A DNA stretch of 64,000 nt from an uncultured Clostridia bacterium (GTDB lineage Bacteria > Bacillota > Clostridia > Christensenellales > UBA3700): positions 3,898 to 67,897 of the forward strand of contig CAMXSN010000006.1 in assembly GCA_947246685.1 (NCBI GenBank), read 5' to 3'. Below are positions 1 to 10,093 of this stretch, in pieces. How positions within the stretch are numbered: the stretch's first letter is position 1; every line of letters starts with the position of its first letter. The notes beneath the pieces were generated by a model. It saw only the letters and a program-made list of their open reading frames with translations. It searched no databases and had not been told where the DNA came from. The position numbers and the translations under genes were made by a program.

Positions 1-1795
1 CGTCGTCGTTATGTTCCTCTGTCGTAGATTCATCCGTAGATAACTGATCCGCAACGTCCTCAACAAGTTCTTGCGCAACGGATTCTCCTACCGCGCTTTG
101 TTGCAAAGCCTCTACGGCAAATCCCATTTGCGTAGCCTGCTCTGCGGTAAGAACTCCGAGTTCGATTGCCTCCGCGACGTTCTCCTGTTCGAGCGTGCCG
201 GAGTCCATAGCCTCCTTGAATCCTCTTATCTTGATATCGCGCGTCATCTCCAACTGTTTCTTCTCTGTCAAATCCCAGAAAAGGAAGGGAATCGTCGCCA
301 GCACTCCGCATGCGATACTGAGAATACCCCAAATTATCAAAACGCTCTGCATTACGCCTTCCTCGCCGTAATCTTCGGAAGAAGCAGCGCCAGCGAACTT
401 GATAAGAAGTTCTGTCGTCATCCAACCGGACAACATTCCGCACAAAGTGGTAATAACCTGCGAATACTGAGACATATAGCCGTCGAGACGATCGCCAGTC
501 TTCCATTGCTGATACTCGCAGTAATCGGCAACCATAGCGGGAGACGTAACCGTCCAAAGCGCCGCGAACATGTTGTGCATAAACACTCCTACGAAGAATA
601 TCCATGCCGTAGCGGCATTGTGGTAAGCAAACTTAAACAGCAACAACAGCAACACGGAGATCACGGTCGAACCTGCAAATGACACGAGCGTCATCTTTTT
701 CTTGCCGAGCTTTTTCTGAATTATAGGCGAGAACAACATGCCGGGTACAAATCCAACTGCTGCGATCGTAGGCATAATTCCTCTCATGTCTGCGCCAAGC
801 TGTCCGCCGAGAATATAAAGGCAAACGTAATTGGTCGCCGAGAATATCAAAAGTCTGCCGAAACCGAGAATATTGGAAGTATTGAAAAGCCAGAAATACT
901 TGTTTTTCATACTCTTCTTGATACCGGTCATAAAGCCTACTTTTTCTTTGACTTTCTTTTCCTGTATGATTCTCTCTTTTGTGCCGAAGAACATTATAAG
1001 AGAAATACCGACGAATATCATTCCCGCTATCGGGAAAATAATTTTGTATGTATTGATATTGTCCATACCGTAAGTCAGTCTTAAGCCGATATTTCTTATC
1101 TGATCGGACGTCATCTGACCGAATTCATCGCCATATACGGCGCCTGCCTGACCGTAGATCCTGCCTGCAATAAGCGGGAAAAGCATCTGCACGATAGACG
1201 GTCCCAGCGAATCGATAACGCCGCCGACCGAATACAGTTTTGTACGTTCGTTTGTGTTGGGCGTGATAACCTGAGCAAGCCCTACTCTTCCGAAAGAGAA
1301 GAAACTAAACACCGTTGTCGCAATGAAAAGCACTAGCTGATACGACCCCACGACAAGCCATTGAGTCTTAGGCGTATGCGCCAATGCGTTGTCCGGCATG
1401 AACCAATCGGGGATAAACGCGAGCATCCAATAACTGAGAACGCAAAGCGCTCCTGTGAAAAGCAAATAAGGTCTGTATTTTCCCCATTTGGTATTGGTGT
1501 TGTCGATTATCCAACCTACCAACGGAGCGCGGAAAAGCGTAAGCAAAGCCACTATCCAAGTCGTATACTGCACGATACGAGCGTCAAAGTTGTAGACAAG
1601 CGCAAGATGCACGCCGACGTTGATAGCAAAATACTGTGTAAAAATACCGAAACCCTGAACTCCCATACCGCCTACCGCATAAGAAACGAATTCTTTGTTT
1701 GGCAGACAATATCCCTCTTTGGGAGGGGTATTCCAGTGCTTGAAAAAGTCAGTTACGATAAAACCGACTTTTTTGAAGACGTTTTGTTTTCCCAT
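1..1795 (-). CDS. GPH-family glycoside-pentoside-hexuronide:cation symporter (MFS superfamily); 3' end lies beyond the left window edge
   Basis: Absent from the ORF track because no stop lies in the window. Hand translation of the minus strand from ATG 1795 (GGAGGAAAT upstream) stays open for ~598 codons to position 1: MGKQNVFKKVGFIVTDFF...YAVGGMGVQGFGIFTQYF...GWIIDNTNTKWGKYRPYLL.... It has many hydrophobic spans and GPH-like loop motifs. The short track ORFs in 60-1894 are other-frame noise. Confidence 0.8.
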   Translation of the reverse strand, partial: MGKQNVFKKVGFIVTDFFKHWNTPPKEGYCLPNKEFVSYAVGGMGVQGFGIFTQYFAINVGVHLALVYNFDARIVQYTTWIVALLTLFRAPLVGWIIDNTNTKWGKYRPYLLFTGALCVLSYWMLAFIPDWFMPDNALAHTPKTQWLVVGSYQLVLFIATTVFSFFSFGRVGLAQVITPNTNERTKLYSVGGVIDSLGPSIVQMLFPLIAGRIYGQAGAVYGDEFGQMTSDQIRNIGLRLTYGMDNINTYKIIFPIAGMIFVGISLIMFFGTKERIIQEKKVKEKVGFMTGIKKSMKNKYFWLFNTSNILGFGRLLIFSATNYVCLYILGGQLGADMRGIMPTIAAVGFVPGMLFSPIIQKKLGKKKMTLVSFAGSTVISVLLLLLFKFAYHNAATAWIFFVGVFMHNMFAALWTVTSPAMVADYCEYQQWKTGDRLDGYMSQYSQVITTLCGMLSGWMTTELLIKFAGAASSEDYGEEGVMQSVLIIWGILSIACGVLATIPFLFWDLTEKKQLEMTRDIKIRGFKEAMDSGTLEQENVAEAIELGVLTAEQATQMGFAVEALQQSAVGESVAQELVEDVADQLSTDESTTEEHNDD

Positions 1796-1970
1796 ATTTC
1801 CTCCTGCGCATATAAACGCAATTTATTTCAATCCCTATTATCAACAGCGCACGATTTTATAATAAAATCAATACGCTACATAATTATATCATAGAATTAA
1901 AGAGTTTTGTATAATTTTTGAAAAAATTTTTTATATTTATTTTCCAACTCGTTCCAATTCCGAATACAAA

Positions 1971-3539
1971 TTATTTTTTCTTGATATATTTTCTTTTTAC
2001 CGACGCGTCGTCTAACAAATTGTGCAGTCCTTGCCAATGCAAAACTCTTCTGCCGAACCACGCTCTCTGACACGCCCCGCGCAGCTTGCACGGATTAGCC
2101 GCGCCCATGGATGCAGACTCATAGCCAAACAACTCAAGATATTTCAATACGCTGCCCAATCTGCTCTCAAATTCTTCGTAATCGCCGCCGCCGTTGTTCC
2201 ACATCGTCTCGCTGAGCGCACACGATCTAGGCAACAGACGTAAACACGCGCGCTTGAAATTAGGCACGTATTCCGTCCAAAGAGCTATTTCCGCTCCCAA
2301 AAATTTCTCCTGCGGGAAATTATCGGGAAGAGGAACATAACCGTAACTCTTTTTCAAACTTATCTTGCCGTAAGGCAGATCGACGTAAGTATAGGCGCTG
2401 TCGTTATTGATATAACCTCCGCACTTCTCTGCGAATTCCCTCACTTTCTCGTCGCCGTTCTCTTTATCCTCCCAATATTGCAGCACCTCGTGATTATTCA
2501 AATACCTGTCGGTAGACAACCCGTTCCACATAATGGGAACAAAACCTTTGCTTACGACGTAATCGCTCACTCTTCTCATAAAATACGCTTGCAATTCGCT
2601 TTCGTCTGCCAATCCTTCTCTTTTAATAGCAGCTTGGCAATGCTCGCACATCGTCCATCTTTGCAAGAAAACTTCGTCGCCGCCGATATGTATGTATTTA
2701 GTGTTTTCTCCGCCGAAAACTTCCATTATCTCGTCCAATACGCCGAATACGAATTCGTAAGTGCTTTCTTTGCCCGCGCAGAGCACGTCGTGCTTGACGC
2801 CCCAATGCGTAGCTACTTTTAGCTTCCTGTCAAAGCAGCTGAGATACGGATAACACGCGATAGCCGACTGAATATGCCCCGGCATATCGATTTCGGGAAT
2901 CACCTGCACGTTGCGCTCGTTGGCGTACGCGATTATTTCTTTCAAATCCGCCTTTGTATAGTATCCGCCGTGCGGCACGCATCCGAAATTCGTATGAGAC
3001 CGACGGCTGCCTTTTTCCGTAAGCAAAGGATATCTGTCAATGCTTATTCTCCAGCCTTGGTCTTCCGTGAGATGCCAATGCAATACGTTGAGTTTGTGCA
3101 ACAGACAGAAGTCTATAAAACGGAACACGTCTTCTTTAGGGAAAAAATATCTGCCGCAATCAAGCAAAAGCCCCCTGTAATCGACCTTCGGCTCGTCTTT
3201 TATCGAACAGTAAGGCAATACGCCGCCGTAATTGAACAACAGCTGCCCGAGAGTGCAAAATGCATAGAGAAGCCCTTCCTTGGCGCTTGCTTTGATAGCT
3301 ACGCCCTTTCCGTCGACATTCAGCTCATAACCTTCTCGGCAACTTATCCCTGCGCAATCGGCAGTATAGTTGACGGGCACTCCGTCGTCCGATACTACTA
3401 TCCCCAAAACGCTCAAATTGGTTTTGAAATTCTCGACGGCAAAACATTCGTCTCCGTGCAATCCGATAATTTTGCAGTTAAGCTGTCCGTCCTTAAAATC
3501 TACGCGGAACGGATAAGGAATAAGTTTAAGTCCTTGCAT
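1971..3539 (-). CDS. GH20 beta-N-acetylhexosaminidase
   Basis: 522-aa ORF with GH20 catalytic-domain motifs HWHLTEDQGWR, IPEIDMPGH and IHIGGDEV. The start overlaps the upstream GH3 stop by 14 nt. Confidence 0.9.
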   Translation of the reverse strand: MQGLKLIPYPFRVDFKDGQLNCKIIGLHGDECFAVENFKTNLSVLGIVVSDDGVPVNYTADCAGISCREGYELNVDGKGVAIKASAKEGLLYAFCTLGQLLFNYGGVLPYCSIKDEPKVDYRGLLLDCGRYFFPKEDVFRFIDFCLLHKLNVLHWHLTEDQGWRISIDRYPLLTEKGSRRSHTNFGCVPHGGYYTKADLKEIIAYANERNVQVIPEIDMPGHIQSAIACYPYLSCFDRKLKVATHWGVKHDVLCAGKESTYEFVFGVLDEIMEVFGGENTKYIHIGGDEVFLQRWTMCEHCQAAIKREGLADESELQAYFMRRVSDYVVSKGFVPIMWNGLSTDRYLNNHEVLQYWEDKENGDEKVREFAEKCGGYINNDSAYTYVDLPYGKISLKKSYGYVPLPDNFPQEKFLGAEIALWTEYVPNFKRACLRLLPRSCALSETMWNNGGGDYEEFESRLGSVLKYLELFGYESASMGAANPCKLRGACQRAWFGRRVLHWQGLHNLLDDASVKRKYIKKK

Positions 3540-6015
3540 TTTGCTTCTCCATATCGCGTTTTTGCTTAATTTTTACTCTCAAAGCGATTGCCAAGGTGTT
3601 GAGAGCCGTTCGCTGTAATTCTCCGCGTGTAATGCCGCCCTGTTTCCCCAAAGTCTCCAACAACGATTTATCCGGCTTATACTTTTTGACGCCGTATTTG
3701 AAATTGCCGGGCATAAACACGTCGACCTGCGCTCTAACGCGATACGCGTTGTCGCGTATGTTGGGAAATTCTTCGCTGTTGCTTTTGCGCATCCACCAAT
3801 CGGTGATCACCAATCCGTTATATCCCCACTCGTCTCTGAGCACGCTCGTTGCCAGATCATAGTTGTAATGACTCCATACGCCGTTAATCTTATTGTAACT
3901 GGTCATAATATTGCAAGGCGAGCTCTCCTTAACGCAAATCTCAAAACCTTTGAGATATATCTCTCTCAAAGCTCTTTCGGATACTATGCTGTCGTTGTAA
4001 TTGCGATTAGTCTCCTGATTGTTGCAGGCGAAATGCTTGGGACATGCGATCTTCCCATTGGACTGCACCCCGCGAGTAAACGCCGCAGCCATTTTACCGG
4101 AGAGCAACGGATCTTCGGAAAAGTATTCAAAGTTTCTTCCGCACAGGGGATTTCTATGAATATTCATTCCCGCTCCCAACAGCGCGTCTACGCCGTAGTG
4201 TTGCATCTCTCTGCCCACGCATTCATACAACTTTTCCATAAGTTCGGTATCCCAAGTCGACGCCAAAGCCGTTCCGCAAGGCAACAGCGCTGTAAATCTT
4301 CCTATACGTATTCCCGCCGGACCGTCCGCAACTATTACGGCAGGCACGCCTCTGTCTGCCAACTGAGGAATTATGCCGCCGTAAGCGCCCGCGTTGCCGT
4401 TTATTCCTTGAGGCGCGTTCATACTGCCGTATCCGCGAGTCAGCGCCTGCAATTCCTTCTCGTCCAGCTGCGCGACAAATTCCTCTAAAGTCGCTTTGCC
4501 GTCGACGACGTCGTCAAAAGAAATCTCCGCCCCGTCTTTGCGCTCTAACTCTTGCGGCAAAGAATTCAAAATGCGCTGTCGCAAATTATTCTGCCCTGCG
4601 GGAACTGCTTTTGAAGTCTCTACGATTTTGCCGTCGACAACTTCGGCGCACAATCTCTTAAACGGTTTCCTGACCGCGCATACGCTCGGCAGCGACTTGA
4701 CCGCGGTATCCTGCATAATAAGGAATTGACCTGCCTTAGATTGCGCTCTGACGTCCGATCCGACAAAAACTTCATACTCGCCTTTCTCTAAGACGTAACA
4801 ATGCCCGTTGCCGCACGCCCCCGTATCGTCAAAACTTGCAAAAGCATAGTAATCGCATCCGAGCGTCAAGATTTGACTCTCGCCCGGCTGAAGCAAATCT
4901 GTCTTTTTGAAATCCGCAAGTGTCCTGACCGCCTTGCCCAACTTGCCCTGCGGCGCCGCCACGTAAAGCTGAACGACTTCTCTTCCCACCCGCTGCCCTA
5001 TATTCTTGACTTGCAAGGCGCAATGAACTCTGCCGCCGTCTGCAGAAAATTCTTTGATTGAAAATTCAAAATGTGTATATGACAATCCGTATCCGAAAGG
5101 ATAGAGAACTTTATTTCTTGCAAAAGTCTCGAAATATCGATAACCGACGTAAATGTCTTCGGTGTATTCGTTGAAATCCGCGTTGCCGAAAGATTTAGAC
5201 GAAGGATAGTCTTCGTAGCGCGCCGCGATAGTATCCGGCAATTTGCCGCAAGGATTAGTATCTCCCGTCAACACGTCAACAAGCGCGTGTCCGCTCTCCA
5301 TTCCGCCCTGCCATGCATATACGATTGCGGAAAGTTTGCCTTCATACTTTGCCGTCCAAGACATATCTATGACGTTGCCGCAATCCATTATCACGACGGT
5401 CTTGGCAAAATGCGAAGTAAGCAAATCAAGAGCCTCGATCTCGGTATCGGTCAGATAATAACTGCCTTGCGTCAAAGTGTTTTCTCTGTCCTCTCCGGCG
5501 GCTCTTCCTATCACGAAAACGGCGATATCGTTGCGCCCCGCAACGTCGCGAATTAGATCTTCTGTCAACGGCATCTCGGGATAATTCATAGGCCAATGTC
5601 CCCACCAGCCTTGGCTCGGTACGTTTTCTTTGCGAGTGCACCATTTCTCGTATATATCGGCAAGCGCCTGATCAAGCTTGAATTTGCCTGCCGCGTCAGC
5701 CTCTTTCATAGCTTGAATAAACGAAATTTTATAAGGAGGTTTGACGTCGCCGCCGCTGCCGTAACCCACGTAAAACCAATCGACCTGACATCTGCCGAAA
5801 AGCGCAATCCTGTCTTGACTTTTGAACGGAAGTACGCCGTCGTTTTGCAAAAGCACCGTTCCTTCCGCCGCCGACCGCCTTATGAGCTCGGGCATTCCGT
5901 CTGTAACGTATCCCTCGCCCGCTGGCACGTTGGAGTCCTGCATCAGTCCGTTGCCGTTGAATCTATCGACGATTCTCTGCACTCCGCTCATAATCCTTTC
6001 TATAAATTTTGCCAT
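3526..6015 (-). CDS. GH3 beta-glucosidase/xylosidase-type glycoside hydrolase (circularly permuted domain order)
   Basis: 829-aa ORF with RBS GAGGAAATT. GH3 motifs KHFACNNQETNR, SYNKINGVW and GLVITDWW (nucleophile Asp) lie in the C-terminal half. The alpha/beta-sandwich and Fn3-like parts (YPFGYGLSYT, VQLYV) come first. Confidence 0.85.
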   Translation of the reverse strand: MAKFIERIMSGVQRIVDRFNGNGLMQDSNVPAGEGYVTDGMPELIRRSAAEGTVLLQNDGVLPFKSQDRIALFGRCQVDWFYVGYGSGGDVKPPYKISFIQAMKEADAAGKFKLDQALADIYEKWCTRKENVPSQGWWGHWPMNYPEMPLTEDLIRDVAGRNDIAVFVIGRAAGEDRENTLTQGSYYLTDTEIEALDLLTSHFAKTVVIMDCGNVIDMSWTAKYEGKLSAIVYAWQGGMESGHALVDVLTGDTNPCGKLPDTIAARYEDYPSSKSFGNADFNEYTEDIYVGYRYFETFARNKVLYPFGYGLSYTHFEFSIKEFSADGGRVHCALQVKNIGQRVGREVVQLYVAAPQGKLGKAVRTLADFKKTDLLQPGESQILTLGCDYYAFASFDDTGACGNGHCYVLEKGEYEVFVGSDVRAQSKAGQFLIMQDTAVKSLPSVCAVRKPFKRLCAEVVDGKIVETSKAVPAGQNNLRQRILNSLPQELERKDGAEISFDDVVDGKATLEEFVAQLDEKELQALTRGYGSMNAPQGINGNAGAYGGIIPQLADRGVPAVIVADGPAGIRIGRFTALLPCGTALASTWDTELMEKLYECVGREMQHYGVDALLGAGMNIHRNPLCGRNFEYFSEDPLLSGKMAAAFTRGVQSNGKIACPKHFACNNQETNRNYNDSIVSERALREIYLKGFEICVKESSPCNIMTSYNKINGVWSHYNYDLATSVLRDEWGYNGLVITDWWMRKSNSEEFPNIRDNAYRVRAQVDVFMPGNFKYGVKKYKPDKSLLETLGKQGGITRGELQRTALNTLAIALRVKIKQKRDMEKQNART

Positions 6016-6169
6016 AATTTCCTCACAACAAATATATCATGCAGCTTGCCGCCGCCGCTTATATTTTAACATAACGAAATAGGCAAACACAATACCCAAA
6101 GCTACAAAAGGAAATCAAAAAATTAAAAGACGGACGCAAATCGCGCCCGTCCTTGACAATATTAACAAA

Positions 6170-7075
6170 CTACTCTGCAAGATTGAGCAAATCCGACGCC
6201 GTGATATCAAAGCCTTTGTCGTAAGTATAGTAACTTATGCACGTCTGCTCGCACGAAACTTTGAGCGGAACGGCGGAATGTCTGCCGCTGTATTTCTCCG
6301 TCCTTCTCCAAACACAAAACTTCATCTTGCCGTTGATTTCTGCAATTGCGAAATCTATGGTCGTGTCGTTGACGGAAAATCCGTCTTCTTTTGCGCCTAG
6401 CGTATCGATGAATTCCCTGAACGCTTCTTTCTGCACGGTCTTCATAACTTCCGTCGAACAATCTATCGTCAACGTGCAATAGTATTTGCCGTCGGTATAA
6501 TAGACGTTGTCGTTATGCTTTGACGAAAGTCTTTCTCTACTGGAAATATCGTAAGTGGTGATCTTCTCTTTCATAAGGCGGTTTTCCTCTTCTACGTTGC
6601 CGTTAAAAGAAGCGAAATTGCCCCACGCGCCGACGCTGAGCGCGCCTGTCTGTTTGTCGTAGATTATATCTTTCTTTCTGGTATTTTTAAGAGAATACGC
6701 CGAGTTGCCGTCAAAATAATATTTGTTGGCGCTCGTGCCTCCGTCAAGACCGCTGCCGTATATGATTTCTTGATTGTATATCCGTCCGTCGGTAATCTTA
6801 CGTATAAGATGCGTACGCCGCGAAGCAATCTTGCCGTCGTTGGCGTCAAAACTGAAATATTCTTCTCTGCGATAATTTTTCTCTTGAAGAAAATTCTCGT
6901 AAGTCTCCATAATCAGATCGTAAGCGCTCATATTTTTAACAGGCGTTTTGCCGTCATAGTTGCCCAGATTTTTATCTAAAGGCTGAACCTTGGACCCTCC
7001 GTTACAAGAAACGGAAAACAAACACGACATCGTCAAAAGTACGGCAACCGTTGCGATAAGCAAGTATTTTCTCAT
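6170..7075 (-). CDS. hypothetical lipoprotein
   Basis: Start moved to the internal ATG with GGTGGTGGAGAC upstream. Signal peptide MRKYLLIATVAVLLTMSCLFSVSC carries a lipobox-like Cys. No recognisable catalytic motif. Confidence 0.55.
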   Translation of the reverse strand: MRKYLLIATVAVLLTMSCLFSVSCNGGSKVQPLDKNLGNYDGKTPVKNMSAYDLIMETYENFLQEKNYRREEYFSFDANDGKIASRRTHLIRKITDGRIYNQEIIYGSGLDGGTSANKYYFDGNSAYSLKNTRKKDIIYDKQTGALSVGAWGNFASFNGNVEEENRLMKEKITTYDISSRERLSSKHNDNVYYTDGKYYCTLTIDCSTEVMKTVQKEAFREFIDTLGAKEDGFSVNDTTIDFAIAEINGKMKFCVWRRTEKYSGRHSAVPLKVSCEQTCISYYTYDKGFDITASDLLNLAE

Positions 7076-7361
7076 GTCTCCACCACCATAATTCTTCAAA
7101 TATATTATTCCATAATTCAGATACGATTTGCAATAATTTTTTATTAATTTTGTGATTGCGGCAAAATTTTGTCGCTTGACCGCGCGCGCCGGCGCCGATC
7201 GGCAAACAAATTAGCCTGCATAAACGCTGAAACAGCGATAATGAGACGAACAACCGAGCGCCTTTAACCCGCATATATTATGAAATATTTAACAAATTGA
7301 ACTGCCGCTCTTGTAATTTAGGTAAATCTAATATATAATGTTAAAGTTAGGAGATCACTAT

Positions 7362-8636
7362 ATGAAAAACGCAATGTTTGACAAAGAATGGTTCAAACTC
7401 GACAACGCGGCTAAAATATACCCCGCGGCAAGAAGTTCGAGATGGAACGCAGTGTTTCGAATGTCGGTAGTATTAAAAGAAGAAGTCAAGCCGGAGCTAC
7501 TCCAACAGGCTTTGGACGATATCATAGACAGATTCCCGTCGTTTAGGGTCACGCTGAAAAAAGGATTCTTTTGGTACTATTTCCAATTCATCAACGAAAA
7601 GCCGAAAATACAGGAGGAAAAGACCTATCCGTGCTCGATGATGAGACTTACGGGAAAAGGATACGTATTCAGAGTGCTGTATCATTCGCACCGTATCGCC
7701 GTCGAAGTATTTCATTCCATCACCGACGGCACGGGAAATATAACTTTTCTCAAGACGTTGATACTCAGATACTGCGAGCTATGCGGCGCAGAAATTGCCG
7801 ACGTGGGAGATCTGCTCCATTACGACGACGATCCGACGCCCGAAGAAGTAGAAGACTCTTTCGGCAGATATATCGACAAATCTAAAGGCACGCTTCCGCG
7901 TAAAGAACCCGTAGCGTATCAGATAAAAGGCGCCAAAGAAAAACGCGGCGTACTCAACATTACTCAAGGCAGTATGCCCTTTGAACAGCTGCACGCAACG
8001 GCAAAATCCTACAACTGCACCGTCAACACTTACCTGTCGGCAGTGCTCGCCTACGTGATACTCAACAGGCAGCTGTATGAAAAGAAATCCAAGAAAAAAC
8101 CTATCAGGATTCAAGTGCCGATAAATCTGCGAAAGATTTTCCCGTCGGTCACACTGAGAAATTTCGCCGGTTATTACAATACGACGGTAATGCCCAACGA
8201 GCAGACGTTTGAGGAGATAGTAAGAGAGCTGGACACTCAGCTCAAGGAGAAAATTACTCCCGATTACTGCCAAAAATTTATAAATTCCAACGTATCTTTG
8301 GAGAAAAATCCGATTATCCGCGTCGCGCCTAGATTTCTCAAAACGCTGTTTATGAATTTATCGTTCTACATGGTGGGAGAAAATCTTATGTCTTGCACGT
8401 TCAGCAATATCGGCAACGTGGTCACTCCCAAAGAATTATACGATTATATAGACAGATTCGAATTTGTACTCGGACCTCAAAAATATATGAACAACGCCAT
8501 GACCGCCGCTTCTTACAACGGCACGACTTTGGTCACTTTTTCTCGCACGGCAAAAGACCCGATACTGGAAAGAGACTTTTTCAGAGTTTTGACGGAACAC
8601 GGCATCGAAGTGACGATCAACAGCAACAGGAGGTAA
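7362..8636 (+). CDS. condensation/alcohol-acetyltransferase-like acyltransferase (HxxxD family)
   Basis: ATG at 7362 is preceded by TTAGGAGAT. The conserved FHSITDGTG (HxxxDG) motif is typical of condensation-domain/AATase-like acyltransferases. Length ~424 aa. Confidence 0.6.
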   Translation: MKNAMFDKEWFKLDNAAKIYPAARSSRWNAVFRMSVVLKEEVKPELLQQALDDIIDRFPSFRVTLKKGFFWYYFQFINEKPKIQEEKTYPCSMMRLTGKGYVFRVLYHSHRIAVEVFHSITDGTGNITFLKTLILRYCELCGAEIADVGDLLHYDDDPTPEEVEDSFGRYIDKSKGTLPRKEPVAYQIKGAKEKRGVLNITQGSMPFEQLHATAKSYNCTVNTYLSAVLAYVILNRQLYEKKSKKKPIRIQVPINLRKIFPSVTLRNFAGYYNTTVMPNEQTFEEIVRELDTQLKEKITPDYCQKFINSNVSLEKNPIIRVAPRFLKTLFMNLSFYMVGENLMSCTFSNIGNVVTPKELYDYIDRFEFVLGPQKYMNNAMTAASYNGTTLVTFSRTAKDPILERDFFRVLTEHGIEVTINSNRR

Positions 8637-8638
8637 AT

Positions 8639-9307
8639 ATGAAACAGTGTCGAAAATGCGGCGTCAATATCGACGGAGACTTGGGCAACTGCCCTCTTTG
8701 CGGAGCGTTTGTCGGCGAAGAAAAATCTCCCACAATTTACGAATATCCGCAAGTCAATATAAAAACAAGACAAAAGTTATTCTTGAAAATCAGCATGTTT
8801 ATCACGGTGTTCGTTATCGCGTTGGTCGCGGCTATAAATCTTGCCGTCAATCGCACAATATCATGGTCGCTGCACGTTATGTTCGGTTTTGCCTTAGCAT
8901 GGATATGCATAGGACGACCGACGATAAAGATATTCAACACGCGCAAACATTTGGCATGGAATTTTGCAGGCGCGATAGCTTTGCTTTTCTACATTAATAT
9001 TTGGACGTCAAAACTCGCCAATCCTTGGGCTTTTACTTTGGGTATGCCTATCGTTGTTCTCACTTGGGCGACTGTGTTGGAAATCCTGTGTTTTGCGCAC
9101 CGAGGCGGCAGGGGAAACTATCAAATCGCGCTGACCAAACTGTTCGCGCTATCCGCTATCTGCATAGGGATATCGTTTATATGGACCAAGACGTGCACTT
9201 GGGGATGGTACGTGTGCACTGCGCGAGGATTCGTCGACGTGTTGGCGCTGTCCTTCTTCTCCAAAGACACTTATTTCGGAGAACTGAAAAGACGGTTGCA
9301 CGTATAA
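8639..9307 (+). CDS. zinc-ribbon membrane protein (N-terminal CxxC...CxxC, then ~5 TM helices)
   Basis: The true start is ATG 8639, after AGGAGG, 2 nt past the upstream stop. MKQCRKCGVNIDGDLGNCPLCG is followed by hydrophobic helices. The 8393 start in the track is an in-frame read-through of the upstream gene. Confidence 0.6.
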   Translation: MKQCRKCGVNIDGDLGNCPLCGAFVGEEKSPTIYEYPQVNIKTRQKLFLKISMFITVFVIALVAAINLAVNRTISWSLHVMFGFALAWICIGRPTIKIFNTRKHLAWNFAGAIALLFYINIWTSKLANPWAFTLGMPIVVLTWATVLEILCFAHRGGRGNYQIALTKLFALSAICIGISFIWTKTCTWGWYVCTARGFVDVLALSFFSKDTYFGELKRRLHV

Positions 9308-9325
9308 ATTCGGCAATAAAATATT

Positions 9326-9358
9326 CGCTTATCTACTGCGATAAGCGGATATTTTTTT
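9326..9358 (+). terminator. rho-independent terminator (usable from both directions)
   Basis: Stem cgcttatc / gataagcg with a 6-nt loop, followed by a run of seven T. Confidence 0.6.
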
Positions 9359-9385
9359 AATACATTCACGGCGTTGATTATACTG

Positions 9386-9768
9386 CTATTTATAAAGCTC
9401 TATATTATCCACTGCGGACTTGAATAGACCGTCCATCACCTGCTCTATTTCCTCAATACTGCGCTCCTCTCCTATATCCTTATAAATTATGTCTATCTCT
9501 AACTTACTGCTCTTGAACCACCCGATCGGGACTTTTATTTGATAATACGACGTGTAGATTCTTTCTCCCGATTCATTCAACTTGGTCTTCATTTCCTCGC
9601 TGTAATACTTATATTTTCCGTATTTCTTGTCGTACTTATCTTTTTTTACTAAGGCATTTTTTGAGTTACCCGTTATACATACTTTTATCTCTCTTTCTTC
9701 CTGATTTTTATTTATCAAAGTATAATAATAGTACTGAACGTCTTCAACTCTCTCTGTAAAATCCGTAT
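9386..9768. repeat. 383-bp segmental duplication, copy 1 (partner 11584-11966)
   Basis: Direct base-by-base comparison shows no indels and about eight substitutions, all in the first ~165 nt. The last ~218 nt are identical. Confidence 0.9.
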
Positions 9769-10072
9769 GTATATCTGTCTTCCGGCGATTATAAAATATT
9801 TCCACATTACCATAACGCTCTGTCGGCCAATAATTTTCCTTAATTATGTCTTTAAGGCTCAAGTCGTTCTCACTTATGAAATCTGACGATATGTATGCAA
9901 CATCATTCTCCATTACATTTTTCAAATTATCGTATTCCATATATGTATAGTCCGGATCAATTCCCGACATCAAACAAGCCCAAATTATTCCTAAAATTAT
10001 ACCGGCTAGCGCTATCAATACTGCCAATGTAATTGCAATCCCTTTGATTGCCTTAACTGATACTCTATTCAT
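9386..10072 (-). CDS. membrane-anchored hypothetical protein, paralog A
   Basis: ATG 10072 lies 5 nt after GGGAGG; the GTG at 10078 in the track sits inside the RBS. N-terminal TM anchor AITLAVLIALAGIILGIIWACL. The C-terminal 126 aa are identical to paralog B. Confidence 0.7.
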   Translation of the reverse strand: MNRVSVKAIKGIAITLAVLIALAGIILGIIWACLMSGIDPDYTYMEYDNLKNVMENDVAYISSDFISENDLSLKDIIKENYWPTERYGNVEIFYNRRKTDIHTDFTERVEDVQYYYYTLINKNQEEREIKVCITGNSKNALVKKDKYDKKYGKYKYYSEEMKTKLNESGERIYTSYYQIKVPIGWFKSSKLEIDIIYKDIGEERSIEEIEQVMDGLFKSAVDNIELYK

Positions 10073-10093
10073 AAACACCTCCCTATATCCATA

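Noticed and set aside
8393-8638. N-terminal 82-aa extension of the Zn-ribbon membrane protein ORF
   Set aside because: It lies entirely inside the acyltransferase gene in another frame. The AGGAGG-led ATG at 8639 gives a sensible Zn-ribbon N-terminus.
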